Assembly: GCF_006345805.1 (NCBI RefSeq)
Contig: NW_021834672.1
Location: 3,693 to 67,692, forward strand
Origin: Octopus sinensis
Lineage: Eukaryota
Length of the DNA: 64,000 bases
Direction: 5' to 3'
Shown here one piece after another: positions 39,246-52,933 of this stretch. The notes under the pieces are model-generated. The model worked only from the letters and a program-made list of their open reading frames with translations. It did not search any database and was not told the DNA's origin. The position numbers and the translations under genes were made by a program. Numbering within the stretch: position 1 is the first letter of the stretch; every line of letters begins with the position of its first letter.

Positions 39246-39654
39246 TGAGAGCGAGTTTAGAAAAGAGGAGGGAGAGAGAGATACAATCAATCTCACACAG
39301 ATAACGAAAGAAACCAGCACAAAGCGATTTATTTGCCAATATTTACGAGTTGAGTCACTAACACACACAGACATAGATGGAATCTAGCACTTTCTTAAAA
39401 GGCCACAATAGCAACAAGTGTAGTATACACACGCGCACGCCAATGAGAGGCCTTCTCAGTCACAAAAACAAAATACCAGTTATATACAAATATATATATT
39501 ATATATATATATACACGGAATATACACGCGCGCACACACACATATATAGAGACAGAGAGACAAATGCCAACACAGTGAGTGCAACAGACACATAGAGACA
39601 GGTGCAATTACAGACACACATACACACACATATATGTATGTATATTTATTTTTA

Positions 39655-39880
39655 TTTTTCTCTTTTACGTGTTTCAGTCATTTGACTGCGGCCATGCTGG
39701 AGCACCGCTTATGGTCGAGCAAATCGACCCCAGGACTTATTCTTTTGTAAACCAAGTACTTATTCTATCGGTCTCTTTTTGCCGAGCCGCTGAGTTACGA
39801 GGACATAAGCACACCACCATCGGCTGTCAAGCGATGTTGGGGGGACAAACACAGACACACAAACATATACACACACGTAC
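39655..39880 (-). mobile_element. SINE family B 3' half
   Basis: Matches the family B tail. Confidence 0.85.
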
Positions 39881-40476
39881 AAATATATATATATATATAT
39901 ATAGAGAGAAGAGAGAGAGAGAGTGAGAGGAAAGAGAGAGAGATGCACACAGAGAGTGTGCACAGACACATAGAGACAGGTACTATTACACACACACATA
40001 TATACAAAACGTACACGCATGTATGTACATGTGGATGCAAACACCGAACACAATGTGTGCAGACTCGTTATGACCAAATCGTTAAGAAGTTTGCTACGCA
40101 ACCACGAAATTCGGCGTTCGGTCTTAGTCCTTGTCATTTTAAATAAATGTAATTTTTTCTGTAGGTTTGGGTCGATCCATACATCTTAAGTGAAATAGCG
40201 TAGAAGGAAACTGTAGACAAACTCGTCGGATGGATTACTGTTACTCTGCAAAAAGTACTGCCTTGTCATACACTTGGGTCACGTTGATTCTAACTGAGAA
40301 TTACGTATAACGGTATGCGCTTCTGTGGAATACTCAGTCACTTTAACGTGTGCGTAATTCAGTCGATCGAACATCATTTAACGGATGACATCTGCTGCCT
40401 ATATGTATATACCATAGATACATACATAATACATACATATATATATGTGTGTGTGTGTGTGTGTGGTGTGTGTGTG

Positions 40477-41705
40477 CAGGGTGCGTAAGATATTTGTGGC
40501 AGATTTATGTTTATAAAAAAAAAAAACAGATATATAATAACAGATAATAACTTTATTTATGAGGATAAAAATAAACCTTTTCTTTAATGTTATTCAATAA
40601 AGCCACCTTCAGCTTCAACAACTCCTTCTATATGAGATCTAAGTCATCTACATGCTCGATTTAAGACGTCTTGGTTCATTTTGGACATTACTCTGACTAT
40701 GGCAGCTTTCAAAGAATCTTTGGTGTTATGGGAGTGTTCATTGCCCTCTCTCTCAACAACGCTCCACGTGTAATAGTCCAATGGATTGAGGTCTGAGGAA
40801 AAAGGAGGCCAAATGTTAGGGTTACATGATCATGAAAACTTTCAGCCCTCCATTCGTGTGTTACTAGAGCCATGTGTGATAGTGCAGAGTCTTATTGGAA
40901 CAAACATGGCCTTCCAATGCATACACTGTCTATCCAGGGCTTAACAATTATTTCCAGGACCTCAATATAGGCGACAGAGGTAACCCTAAGGCATTGTGGA
41001 AAGAATTAAGGAGGCATCACATATCTTTCATTGCTGACAACCCTAAAACCTTGACAGTTACATGAAATTTTGAATGCATAACACTTGGAACTTCAGAAGA
41101 TCCTGCACATATCCATCTATCATTTCTTCTGTTAACTTTTTGATCTTGGTCGAAGTTTTTCTCATTTGAGAAAAACTAAATCAAATCTTCTTCTGCGGGA
41201 TTATTCAGTTTATTTAAGAGCCTTTTAGATCTGATGTAGTGATTTTCTTTAGCTTTTTCTTACAAATTGACCTTTCCTCATCATAAAAGACATATCTGAT
41301 GTCTTCGTAGACAACATTTCTGACTGTTCCTTCTGGCACATGGAGATATTTTGCAATTGACCTCAAGGAATTTCTGGGATTGTTATCAATGTTCTGTTGA
41401 ACTTGCCGGATAAATTCAGTTGTTCTGATGATTTCAAAGTGTTTAGAATGTTTGTTTATGCTTTGATACTGGTGATGCGTTTCCATCTTCAGTCTCGAGC
41501 TCTTTACAAACTTTGTAGAAGAAAGATCGGGCAACTTTTAAAAATCGAAATATTTCTAAATCGCTATACAAAGCCTAATAACAGCATGCCTTTTCATTTC
41601 TTGAGTAAGCTGAGGGTCCGCTATTATTATTTTCTGAAACAAAGATTATACAGAGTTAGCAAAATATGCAGCAATGACCCCAAACATGTATTCCTTACGC
41701 ACCTG
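40477..41705 (-). mobile_element. Tc1/mariner transposon, DD37D (maT)-type, decayed transposase
   Basis: TIRs CAGGGTGCGTAAG / CTTACGCACCTG. Minus: NPRNSLRSIAKYLHV...FFSNEKNFDQDQKVNRRNDRW...DSALSH...WPPFSSDLNPLDYYVW...EAEGGFIE*. About 37 aa between the 2nd and 3rd catalytic Asp. Confidence 0.9.
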
Positions 41706-41752
41706 TACATGCATGTATGTATGTATGTATGTAGGTAGGTAGTATATATATA

Positions 41753-41798
<46 letters not shown>

Positions 41799-41949
41799 CA
41801 CGTGACCACGTGACCGACCAGACCATCTGGTCACAATGCGTTGGCGTTGTTTTAGCTTCGAATGACGCCACCCCGCTGACTAACGAGCAGGCCACAGAGA
41901 AGAGTGGGAGAAAGAGTGGTGAAAGAGTACAGCAGGGATCACCCCCCCC

Positions 41950-42008
<59 letters not shown>

Positions 42009-42187
42009 GTATATATGTATGTATCCAGCATGAATACGTGCATACAATCATATACACAGAGCCATACACTCGCCTGCAAGCACCTATATTATTCACTTTG
42101 CTTCTGATGTACATACATACATGCATACAAACAATATATATATATATATTTACATATATGTGAGTGTTTGTGTGTGTTTGCTTGTGC

Positions 42188-42224
<37 letters not shown>

Positions 42225-42225
<1 letters not shown>

Positions 42226-42365
42226 GACAGGCTTCTTTCAGTTTCTGTCTATCAAATCCATTCATGAGGCTATAGTAGAAGACACTCCCCCAAAGTGCCA
42301 TGCAGTGGGACTTAACCCGGAACCATATGGCTTAGTAAGCAAGCTACTTACCACATAGCCACTCT
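42225..42365 (-). mobile_element. SINE family B 5' half
   Basis: Family B head on the minus strand. Confidence 0.8.
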
Positions 42366-42437
42366 TTCGCGTATATGCATATATATATATATATATTATG
42401 CACACACACACAACCACATACACACACACACACACAT

Positions 42438-42471
<34 letters not shown>

Positions 42472-42957
42472 GCACGCAAACACATGCGAGAATATATAGC
42501 GTAGAGCAACCAGTTGCTACAAATCAATAGCAGAAGCAAGTTAATAGAATCAGAAATTGGGTAAAGTCGCCAAGTTAAGAATCAATCTTCGTTGGGAAGT
42601 GATTTGTTCGCCATAATTTGAACAACCAACCAACTGACCAGCCAACCAGTTCTTCTGATTAACGTTGTTATACGAAACAACCAATATTTGCATTGAATTC
42701 CTATTATCGTTGTTCTTCTCTTTTTTCTTCTTCACTTTCTCATCGCATGCCTTTTTTTCTTCTCTCTCCATTTTTTTCTCTGTTGTTGTTGATGTTTTTT
42801 GTCGCATTTTATTCGCCTTCTCACTTTTCCTTTTTGCTTTTCGCCTTTTTTTCATTCACCTTATTTTTTCCTTTTTAACCCCTCTTTCTCTCTCCCCTTC
42901 TCGCTCTCTCTCTCTCTATCCTTTTTTATCATCTCTCTCTTGCCCTCTCTCTCGGTT

Positions 42958-43001
<44 letters not shown>

Positions 43002-43179
43002 TCTCTCCCTTTCTCCTTGTTTATTAACTCTTTATCGCTGTTGCTAGCCTTTTCGCCCTACTTCCACTGATTCTGTACTTGGTTCTGCCTTAAATTTGAG
43101 CAATCAGCCTCATATCATCACCTGATTAATAGTGATAAACTGAAGTTTAGAAAGAAAGGCATGTCGTCCAAAAAAAAAT

Positions 43180-43231
<52 letters not shown>

Positions 43232-43759
43232 TACATTATTGCGCCACCAGCACGAATTACACAATCTGCAGTGGCATGGCTACATACTATCGAGTGTGAA
43301 AAAAAACAGGTATGAAAAACGACAGTTTCGAAAGAAATGAAGGCTTAAGAATGATACAGCAACCTGGGGCTGATCCATAGATCCAGGATGACTCTTAGCC
43401 GTTCAAGAATTTGGACCTAGAGATCTCCATTTCCAGCGACTTCGAGGGCCACCTCCCAGTGGTTTCTGGCGTCAACGAAGAGCCCTCGACTACAACAAGA
43501 CGACCAAAGTTTTTTTTTCCAAGATCTGGGGTCTCCCGCCCCTAAGCCCTAGACCATCACCTAATCACCCTTACCCGTCTTGTTGCTTAACAACAACAAC
43601 GACAATGATGACTCTTACGTCTAAGAACGGGTACTCTCTCCTAGCTGTGCATGCTGAGAAAATAACCAGTCACTCGAACCTTACTTACCACCTACACTTA
43701 ACTTTTAGCAAACTTACTGGATAACAGTAATTTCTGGTATACTGAAAACGGAAGGTGTC

Positions 43760-44720
43760 TGTCCTCAGTCTTTTCAAACTTGTCCATCATGCGGTGCCTT
43801 TCACTTAATTATTGTCCCCAAACATAGGAAAATTGTTTGCTTTTCCTCAAAAGGAAAGCAACAAGGCTATCCTAGACGGTTGTTGTTGTTTGTTCCTTCT
43901 CGAGCCATACCTGGCTCATAGAGCCGGTTTCCCTGTTTCTTTCGCGTATAGGTTCCCCACCTGGACGGGACGCCGGTCCGTCGCAGGTGAGCTGCAAGAT
44001 ACAGGAGGAAAGAGTAAGAGAAAGTTGTGGCAAAAGAGTCAGCATAATTTCTCCATTACCTTCTGCCGGAGCTGCGTGGAGCTTAGGTGTTTCGCTCATA
44101 AATACACACATCGCCCGGTCTGAGATTCGAACCCGCGATCCCTCGACCGCGAGTCCGCTGCTCTAACCACTAGGCCATGTGTCTCCGCTATCCTGGATGG
44201 TGGACCCAGCCAACAGCCGGATACGTCCTAGATGTGAGAACAGTTGTTCGAAATAAGTCTTCCAACAGTAATGCTGGGGCACATAAAGTTAGCATAATCT
44301 GCACCTTACAACACTTCCTTGTCGACAGGAATTTATTCAGAGACGGAAATACCCATATCCTACATAACACTGTCAGACCAATGGTCGATAATCTCTGAAA
44401 TGAAATTCCTCTGGAAGAGACGGGTCTGTTTATCGCCCACAATTCTCCGATCGCGTAATCGCTCTGCCCTGCCCCAAACATACTATGGAACGCAAGGGTT
44501 AATATTCCATTGGTTACAACTCCAGATTTCGAGCCCCCCATGCCAGATGTTCAATCTTAATCGTTGCTGTAGCTTCGTCAAAGACACAGTATATGGGAAA
44601 ACGCCCAAGAATATCCGCAAAAGTTGCAACATCAGTACAAGTGAAGGCAAAATCAGGGACGGTACAGAGATTCTTTCTGCGTTCGGGGTGTGTGTAGAAA
44701 ATTGACCTTGCGATCCGTGA
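43760..44720 (+). pseudogene. Decayed Tc1/mariner-type transposase remnant, interrupted by a SINE
   Basis: AFHL, FQQ.NAGAHK...QHFL and SFVKDTVYGKTPKNI resemble DEAHFHL, QQDNAPAH and WGYVKDxVY motifs. Confidence 0.45.
43881..44186 (-). mobile_element. SINE family C, full length
   Basis: TSD GCTATCCT(A/G)GA(C/T)GGT at 43866-43880 and 44187-44201. Confidence 0.92.
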
Positions 44721-45221
44721 CATGCATCCCTTTCACAAGACTCGAAAAACCAGGACTTCCCAATTTAATCTGATGCGAAACAGTCTGGATCAAGGAAAAA
44801 CGGTGAGGTGATAATAAATTAGAGAGACGATAGACGAGTTCGATATCCGTCTCCGACATTTCAGAGATTGCTTCCTCCCGAACAATTTGTAGGTGAAACT
44901 GACCATTCTTTACACGTGCGCTCGCGTGCGCGCACACACACATACACACACACATAAATGTATATATATATTGCAGCAGATATCCATCATTTTCCTTCTA
45001 ACTCAGTTCTAACTTCATGTTTACGACACATTTCCATCCCTACTGAACACTTTGGAATGACCTTTGTTTGAAGAAAGCCGAACAGTCTTAGGTAACATTT
45101 GATCTGACGATTGCCTTTGCCCTCAGGAAATTTAAAGTAACAAACCATTAATCAAATTGACTCATACATCCACTCACTTCTTCTCACTTCAGCACGCAAA
45201 TATATGTAGATGGGTACAGTT

Positions 45222-45959
45222 GGTAGGTAGGTAGGTAGGCAGGTAGGTAGGCAGGTAGGTAGATAGGTAGGTAGGTAGGTAGGTAGGTAGGTAGGTAGGT
45301 AGGTAGGTAGGTATGTAGGTAGATAAGTAGGTAGGTAGGTAGGTAGGTAGGTAGGTAGGTAGGTAGGTAGGTAGGTAGGTAGGTAGATAAGTAGGTAGAT
45401 GGGTAGGTAGGTAGGTGGGTGGGTGGGTGGGGGGTGGGAAGGGTGAGTAGCGTTGATAGGTGGGTAGGTAGGTGGGTAAGTAGGTGGGTAACTAGGTAGG
45501 TAAGTAGGTAGATGGGTAGGTAGCTAGATAGGTAGGAAGGTAGGAATGTAGGTAGGAAGGTAGGTAGGTAGGTAGGTAGGTAGGTAGGTAGGTAGGTAGG
45601 TAGGTAGGTACATAGGTAGGTAGGTAGGTAGGTAGGTAGGTAGGTAGGTAGGTAGGTACATAGGTATGTAAGTAGCTAGCTACGTAGGTGGGAGGGTAAG
45701 GAAGTATGTAGGGTGGGAGGGTAAGTAATAGGTAGGTAGGGTATATAGGTACCTAATGTAGGAAAGTAGGTAGATAGGTAGATAGATAGATAGATAGATA
45801 CATACAGACAGACAGACAGACATACATACTTAGACACAGAGACAGAGACACAGACGAACAGAGAGACACAGTCAGACATAGAGATATATATTGATGGGCA
45901 AATGAATAGATAGAGAAATACATACATACATACATACATACGTACGTAGACAGATGAAT

Positions 45960-46042
<83 letters not shown>
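45222..46042. repeat. (GGTA)n and (GATA)n microsatellites
   Basis: Visible directly in the sequence. Confidence 0.95.
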
Positions 46043-46512
46043 TCACACGCACATACGCACACACATACACACACTCACGCGCACACGCCAGTATAGTGCT
46101 CTCACGATGGTGATGTTGGGTATTAAATACGCATGTGTGACGAGAGATTAGATTTCCTCTGCAATGTAATGTAGGACAAAGAACAACGGATGTTATCAAT
46201 GGAATGGAAATTGTTTTGATGTATTTTAAATAAGGGATATTTCATTATTTCCTCTGCTGTCCTGACGGAAAGATGGAGGGGGAGGGGAGAGTGAGATCGG
46301 ATGAGGCGATGAAGAAGACGGAGAGACGGGGGTGGACGGAACGAGGGAGGGATAGAGAGAGGAGAAAAAACGGCGAGACGGTTGTAGAGATGGCTTAAAG
46401 AACTAGTTGTAGTGTGTGAGTGAGGAAGAAGAGCGTGTGTGCGTGTATGTGTGCGTGTGCGTGTGTGTGTGTGTGTGTGTATGTGTGTGTGTGTGTGTGT
46501 GTATGTGTGTGT

Positions 46513-46551
<39 letters not shown>

Positions 46552-46599
46552 CGTTTGTAACCGTGTATACCATTGTCATTGTCTGCAAATATATATATT

Positions 46600-47065
46600 C
46601 TTTTCTGTCGTTCTTTTATTCTTTCATTTGTTTCAGTCATTTGATTGAGGCCATGCTGGAGCACCGCCTTTAGTCGAGCAAATCGACCCCAGGACTTAAT
46701 CTTTGTAAGCCTATTCTATCGGATTCTTTTGCCGAACAGCTAAGTTACGGAGCCATAAACACACCAACATCGGTTTTCAAGAGATGGTAAGAGACAAACA
46801 CTGACACACAAACATATACATATACATATATATATATATGACGGGCTTCTTTCAGTTTCCGTCTACCAATCCACTTACAAGGCCTTGGTCGGCCCGAGGC
46901 TATAGTAGAAGACACTAGCCTAAGGTGTCACACAGTGTTTCATGATCAAATCCACTCAAAAGGCTCTGGCTGGCACTATAATAGAAGATACTTGCCTACA
47001 GTGCCACCAGCGGAACTGAACCCGTAACCATAAGGCTAGGAAGCAAACTTCTTACCACCACAGCT
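46600..47065 (-). mobile_element. SINE family B with duplicated 5' part
   Basis: Family B tail and body, with two head-proximal segments. Confidence 0.85.
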
Positions 47066-47199
47066 TTATATAATAAACAATATGAAAATTGACTATTACC
47101 GTAGTGGATGATTTAATTTGCATGTTTGTGCTTTTCACGGCTTGTCATTAATTAAACCATATATTTTATTACAACAATACGTAAATTAGAAGTCTAGTC

Positions 47200-47585
47200 T
47201 AGCGTTGGTCTGACCTTGGGCAGGGCCTGTGCATGTGGACCTTCTCTAGCATTCTCTATACGACCTGGGTGGGCCCGTAGCCTCTCCTGCCGCCGTTGAG
47301 TTGATCACTGGAGCTTCGGCTGCCATGACTAAACTTGGGATAGATACTGAAGTGGTATCCCGTTGCCTTCTCCAGGCAGATCGGATTAATGTTGAAAGTC
47401 GGAAGATACATCGTAAATCATCCCTACAGATGCAGCAGCGATTCTGTGAATTCTCCCACCTACCGAACAATGTGAAATAAAGTGTTTTACTAAAGAAGAA
47501 ACGCACCGCCCGACCCGGGAATCGAACACACAATCTAGCGATCGTTAGAGTAACATCTCTAACCGCTAAGCCACGCGCCTTCACA
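47200..47585 (-). mobile_element. tRNA-headed SINE with RTE/Bov-A-like 3' segment
   Basis: Minus head GGCGCGTGGCTTAGCGGTTAG...GTTCGATTCCCGG; downstream GGAGAAGGCAACGGGATACCACTTCAGTATC. A related head lies at 48045-48148. Confidence 0.55.
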
Positions 47586-47616
47586 AAACAGAAGTAAGGA
47601 GACCAGTAAGATTGAC

Positions 47617-47910
47617 TTTATTTACTGCCCATGGGCATATGGTGTAGTGGTTAAGAGTGCGGGCTACTAACCCCATGATTTCGAGTTCGATTCCAGGCAG
47701 TGACCTAAATAATAAAAATAATAATAATAAGAAGAAGAAGAAGAAGAATAACATCGAAAAATACCTTAGGTTCGAAATTTCCCCCCAAGACACCTTATGA
47801 AGGCTGGAGGGTATATCAGCCGAAACGTTGTGCTAACAACAAACAAGATGAGGACAAATATCCGTCAAATGTAAATAGTGTACATAATTCCTCATCGCTT
47901 AAATATAGAA
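47617..47910 (+). mobile_element. tRNA-headed element carrying a hammerhead motif
   Basis: A box TGGTGTAGTGG, B box GAGTTCGATTCC, (AAT)(AAG)n linker, HHR motif at 47790-47833. 13-bp TSD CAGTAAGATTGAC at 47604-47616 and 47911-47923. Confidence 0.8.
47790..47833 (+). ncRNA. Minimal hammerhead motif (one core substitution)
   Basis: cac-CTTATGA-a-ggctg(gagggtatat)cagcc-GAAA-cgt-T-gtg. Confidence 0.7.
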
Positions 47911-49689
47911 CAGTAAGATTGACACTGACAAGTCCCTTAATTCCCTTCGGGGTTCGTTGGGGTGCTGCAGCCATGCAGAGTGTCTTGGTGGAGAAACCCT
48001 GGCAGAGACCATCCCTCTCCAGACTAAACTCATTTCTAAACGAAGTGCTTTGCTAAAGAACACAACGTACAACCCAGTCTGGGAATCGAACTCATGATCT
48101 AGCGATCGTTAGTGCAACATCCTAATCACTAGGCCGTGTGCTTTCACAAACCAGAAATTGGGTGAACAGTACGATACAGTGTATTAAATATGAATTTGAC
48201 ACTCGACATTTGAATGACTTTTTCTACCACTTTTTACTCTTTCGAAACAGATTAAATATAAAATACAGAACCTGAATGTTTAAGAGCTTAGATGGGATTT
48301 TTACGGAAAATTACAATATTAATAGGGAATTCTTTCAAATAAAAGGGGTCTGTTAATCTGATTTGTGTTATTTACTTCTTAAGTAATGTTAAATACATTT
48401 TTAGATCCTGTTTAGAATATAGAAGATGAATATACAAGAATAAGAAGTGTTTCTCTGATCAAATATTTAGATGAAATGGGACAGACCCAAGGTATTAAAG
48501 ATTACTTCGTAAACAGAGAAAGCAAATCAATTTTACATATTCTTTTTTAAGCTGGAATTCAGCTGCAGTAAAAAAAAAATTCCATGAAATTATCGATGTA
48601 AATGTTCAACAAATCTTTTACGTTGAATAAAATCGTTGAGGATTTTTTTATATTTTTCGTTCTCGTTACTGTTTTTTACATTTAGTGTTGTGATAGAGAC
48701 GCCTTATTTGGATTTCGTATTGTTAATCCTCTTCAGTATCTGTTTCTTTTCTCACGTTTAAACAGAATTTATCTGGCACCATACAAAAATATACTAAATA
48801 AATACTAAATATATAACGTATAAAAATGTATTTATAAACTTTCAAATATCTCCATGGAAACCTAAAAGAATTTAATGGAACGATGTCTACCTTGATTCTC
48901 ACCAGTTTATCTAGGTGAGTTAATGAGGATGTATCTACACAATCATTCGACATAGACATAGTAGTTAAATCTTCCTCAGATCTCGCCCTGTCGTAACAAA
49001 TAAATTAAAAGAACACACAGACCCTGACATACAAAATGGTGGATAAGTTTATAAGAACAGGGACGATTCTATATGACACCAACAGAGAGGGGGTTAAAAT
49101 ATTTTAGTCACTCATTGGTTTTACAGAGATTGTTGATAGAAAGCAGAATAAACTGGAGAGGAGGTAGGGGAAAAACCCACGATTATGTGAACGGATAATA
49201 TCAAGATTTGGACAGACTAAAAATACAGTGAATGCATAGTTATTTCTATGTATTTCTGCGTAGTTATTTGTGTTGCTTACTTTGTAAAACAGTAAGAGGA
49301 GAAGGTTGCTAGCACATCACCCTCTATCCACATCTTTTCCATATGGGGCCCTAACAAAATCCGATAATAGATATAGATGCAAATCTAATTGCTTGTCTCC
49401 TTCTAAAATCAGGCATAACTTGGCAGTTGATCGACTTACAACACCGTTCTTCATCTTGAGTTTACTTGGCAGAGTGTGTTTGTTAACAAGGTCAAGGTGA
49501 GCTCCGATTGGCTGTATGCAAATGAGTTCATTGCTGAGGTCCGGAACTCTCGTGGGAAAAAACATTTCGCGTCTCGGCAAGCTTTGTTGTATTTCATATG
49601 AACTGTATCTGCGATGTGACGTCTCAGTGTCACAGTAACTCCGAGGATAATGCTAAGATTACGAGTTTAACCTAAATAGTTGCTCTTCA

Positions 49690-50150
49690 ACACTGCTCAG
49701 TCCTAACCAATTCGGTAAGGATTTCACTGAACCATTGCTTTTACAGAGTGTGTACCTATTAACATTAGGTAGTGGGTAGCGATTTTCTTTCCTACTTCAG
49801 GGAGTGACGACCCTGCCTGACAAGAGTCCCTGGCTCAGCTGGCTCCGGCTGACAGTACCCGGTATGGGCCCCTATCCAGGGTTACGGAAAGGAGACAACC
49901 TTCGAAGAAATCCGGAGTGGAGCCCCGTAGGCCGTTTAGTGTTCAAGCCGACACTCTTCCGGCACTCCTTTGGACTACGTCAGCAGGGTCGAGAGAGGAA
50001 TCCTGACGGTTGGGCTACCCAGGATTTTCTTACATCTAGCCCAGGCCTGCGCAAAACTGGAGAGGACATGAAATGTAAAAACCAGACTGCATTAGTTTAT
50101 GCGCAACTCCATTGCCTCCCGAGACAAAAGGATGCCAACAACCTATTAAC
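49690..50150 (+). mobile_element. Probable RTE LINE 5' UTR fragment
   Basis: GC-rich block with GAAATCCGGAGTGGAGCCCC and GCCCAGGCCTGCGC...GGAGAGGAC, resembling RTE 5' UTRs as recalled; no ORF. Confidence 0.4.
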
Positions 50151-50429
50151 CAATCTTTCACCAAGGAATATTCACAAGACAGAGTACGATTAACAATGGT
50201 CTTCACTTAACCTTGTCTATTAATTCTTGCGAATTGCGACTTTAAGTGAAAACGACGAGATGTGAAACCACCTTATTATAAGTTTAAACATATAAACAAG
50301 TTACATTCCTATGGTGTGTCTTAATTACAAAATCATCAACAAATCTCTAAATACAGACTCAAAACATTTCAAGTATTAAACATCGAAATATATGTGTGCT
50401 ATAAATACGTCCAAAAACAAAACATTGAT

Positions 50430-51330
50430 AAAAAAATCAATAAAATAATAATTCACTTGAAAGATACGTCCAAATTTTGTCGTGCAGTTTTCTCTCTGTT
50501 TTTATAAGTCTTCTGTATTTTTTGTATCTATTCGCTATTAACTTGTTTGCTTCTAAACTTGTCTCAGACAAATCTCTTGTTAAAAACCGGAATCGTTCAG
50601 CATACTCGCTCTTATAATCTTCTTCAGAACGGTGCTATTCCAAATCTACATGAGATCCTCGTTCGATATTTCTTCCGCAAACCGTTCAAGTAGTTCGACC
50701 ACATCATCTTCATTTATTTAATTAAATCCAGCCTGATGTATCCTCTCAACAATGATGAACATTTTGTATTGGCTCTTCAAAGCCCAGGAAGCGTTCAATG
50801 CAATTTAGATATAAATTTTACTCCAGATAAGATTTACTATGGTTGTCTACACTTCTCACCATCTGACAGTCAAATTTTCAATAGCATTCAAAATAAGATA
50901 ACTGAGCCAAATTTCCGTTATATTAAGTTTAATTTTACCGTTTAAGAACTTAATTAATTGCTTAAAAGTGAGTCGTAAATAGTAAGTTTCGAATATAGCA
51001 ATAATGTCTAGGTTGTAGGTTGAATCAAGCTGGTTGTGTTTGAAAGCTGAACAGTTATTTGAACATTATCTGGGATATGGTGATCCGAACTATTATCAAA
51101 AAGAAGCAATGTTCTTTTTTCAAGACACTATTTTTTGACAGCTGGACTGATCTTGGAATACTGATTTGCTGATCCATATATTTTATTCATTTGATCGCCA
51201 CAGAACAGGAAGATGAGATTTAGAGAAGTCTTTCACATCTACTAGTGTCTCAGAATGATTTTTTTAAAAATCTAGAGGTTTGAGCTTGAGATTTTAATTG
51301 GACAGACAAAGCTTAAATGGTCCAAACTTG
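50430..51330 (-). pseudogene. Tigger/pogo-like transposase remnant
   Basis: Minus: KLKPL...PAVKK.CLE...DNSSDH...NTTSLIQP...GF..INEDDVVELLE..AEEISNEDL. Confidence 0.72.
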
Positions 51331-51442
51331 AGATGCGTAGTAATTTCTATGTGACATACGATACACTCACACACACATATATATACATACATACACACAC
51401 ACACACCACACACACACACACACATACACACACAGACACAGA

Positions 51443-51546
<104 letters not shown>

Positions 51547-51619
51547 CAATATGTGACCGCGTATGTATCGTTGGCGATTTTCTTTCTCCGTCTTCCCTTC
51601 TTTGGTCTTTTTTTTCTAT

Positions 51620-51654
51620 ATTTCTGACGAAGTGCTCCGCTCGAAACGTGAAAT
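51620..51654 (+). ncRNA. Degenerate minimal hammerhead motif
   Basis: attt-CTGACGA-a-gtgc(tcc)gctc-GAAA-cgt-G-aaat. The cleavage triplet GUG is probably inactive. Lies in a ~215-bp unit between (TA)n tracts. Confidence 0.6.
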
Positions 51655-51810
51655 TCTCTTTCTTTTCTTTCCTTTCCTGAGCGTCCAATAACACTGTACT
51701 TATTCCACGTCTTCGCGTTGTTGTTTTTTCTTGCTTGTTCATGTTTGGATTAACTATATATAATATAGACCTCTGTGCGATTTGGTTCCATACTTTTCTC
51801 TATCTATCTG

Positions 51811-51867
<57 letters not shown>

Positions 51868-51868
51868 A

Positions 51869-51906
<38 letters not shown>

Positions 51907-52699
51907 ACTATATCTATCGTGTACATGAATCATTTCACCTGGGATACAATAATATGGTCTTCATTTATTCTTTTTTTTTAAATAAATAAAATTGTTTTCA
52001 CTCTTCACGTTCCTCATAGAGACATTCAAGGATTTCTGTTGTCTTTCTTCTAAGCATTTCTGTCACTGTATATCTCTCTGTCTAAATCTCTCTCTCTATC
52101 TATATTTATCTACATCTTTCTATATCTATCAGTCTATCTACATCTATCAGTCTATCTATATCTATCTGTCTATCTGTTTAGCTATCTATCTACGCCGTTA
52201 TGTATACAATGCACCGTTGAGGAATATTTACATTTCAACCGCCGCTTCTATTTCATTTCAGTCGCATTCTTCTTTGTGGGGGTTCCTGAAGAAAATACAT
52301 GAACGTTACAGCTTGCTATATATTTTTAGCCTAAAAATATTACTCTTCACGTTCCTCATAGAAACATAACGCTTCCTGGTACCAAAAAAAATTATTGCTA
52401 CTACTTTCATTGTTTACAATCTTCTGCACCGGTGTATTTCTGTATCTGTAAATAACCATGCCTAGAGGGAAGGTGCCAAAATTTTCTCGAGTGTCAAGGT
52501 CGGCCAAAAGAATGTCTCTGTCGGTGGAAAGAGGGACATATGAAAAAAGGAAATCAAGCCAAGAAAGGAACAGGATGCGCACTACAGCAGCCAGAGCGTC
52601 TGAGAGTGATGACACAAGAGTTGTGCATAAAGAACCATTTGCGTACTGGTATTGCGTACTGGTATCTCAAAGTGCTGAACAGAGGTATGCACGAGCTAG

Positions 52700-52933
52700 C
52701 AAAGGCGGCGAGCTAGCAGAAACGTTAGCACGCCGGACGAAATGTCTAGCGGCATTTCGTCTGCCGCTACGTTCTGAGTTCAAATTCCGCCGAGGTCGAC
52801 TTTGCCTTTCCTCCTTTCGGGATTGATAAATTAAGTACCAGTCACACACTGGGGTCGATGTAATCGACTTAATACCTATGTCTGTCCTTGTTTGTCCCCT
52901 CTGTGTTTAGCCCTTTGTGGGTAGTAAAGAAAT
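52700..52933 (+). mobile_element. SINE family A nested in the Helitron
   Basis: TSD AGGTATGCACG at 52683-52693 and 52934-52944. Confidence 0.9.

Noticed and set aside
47630-47705. Functional tRNA gene (also applies to the SINE heads)
   Set aside because: No proper acceptor stem, and the sequence lies inside a TSD-flanked repeat.
48419-48492. Possible small coding exon (tttag|NIEDEYTRIRSVSLIKYLDEMGQTQ|gtatta)
   Set aside because: Weak splice signals, no recognisable protein and no partner exons.
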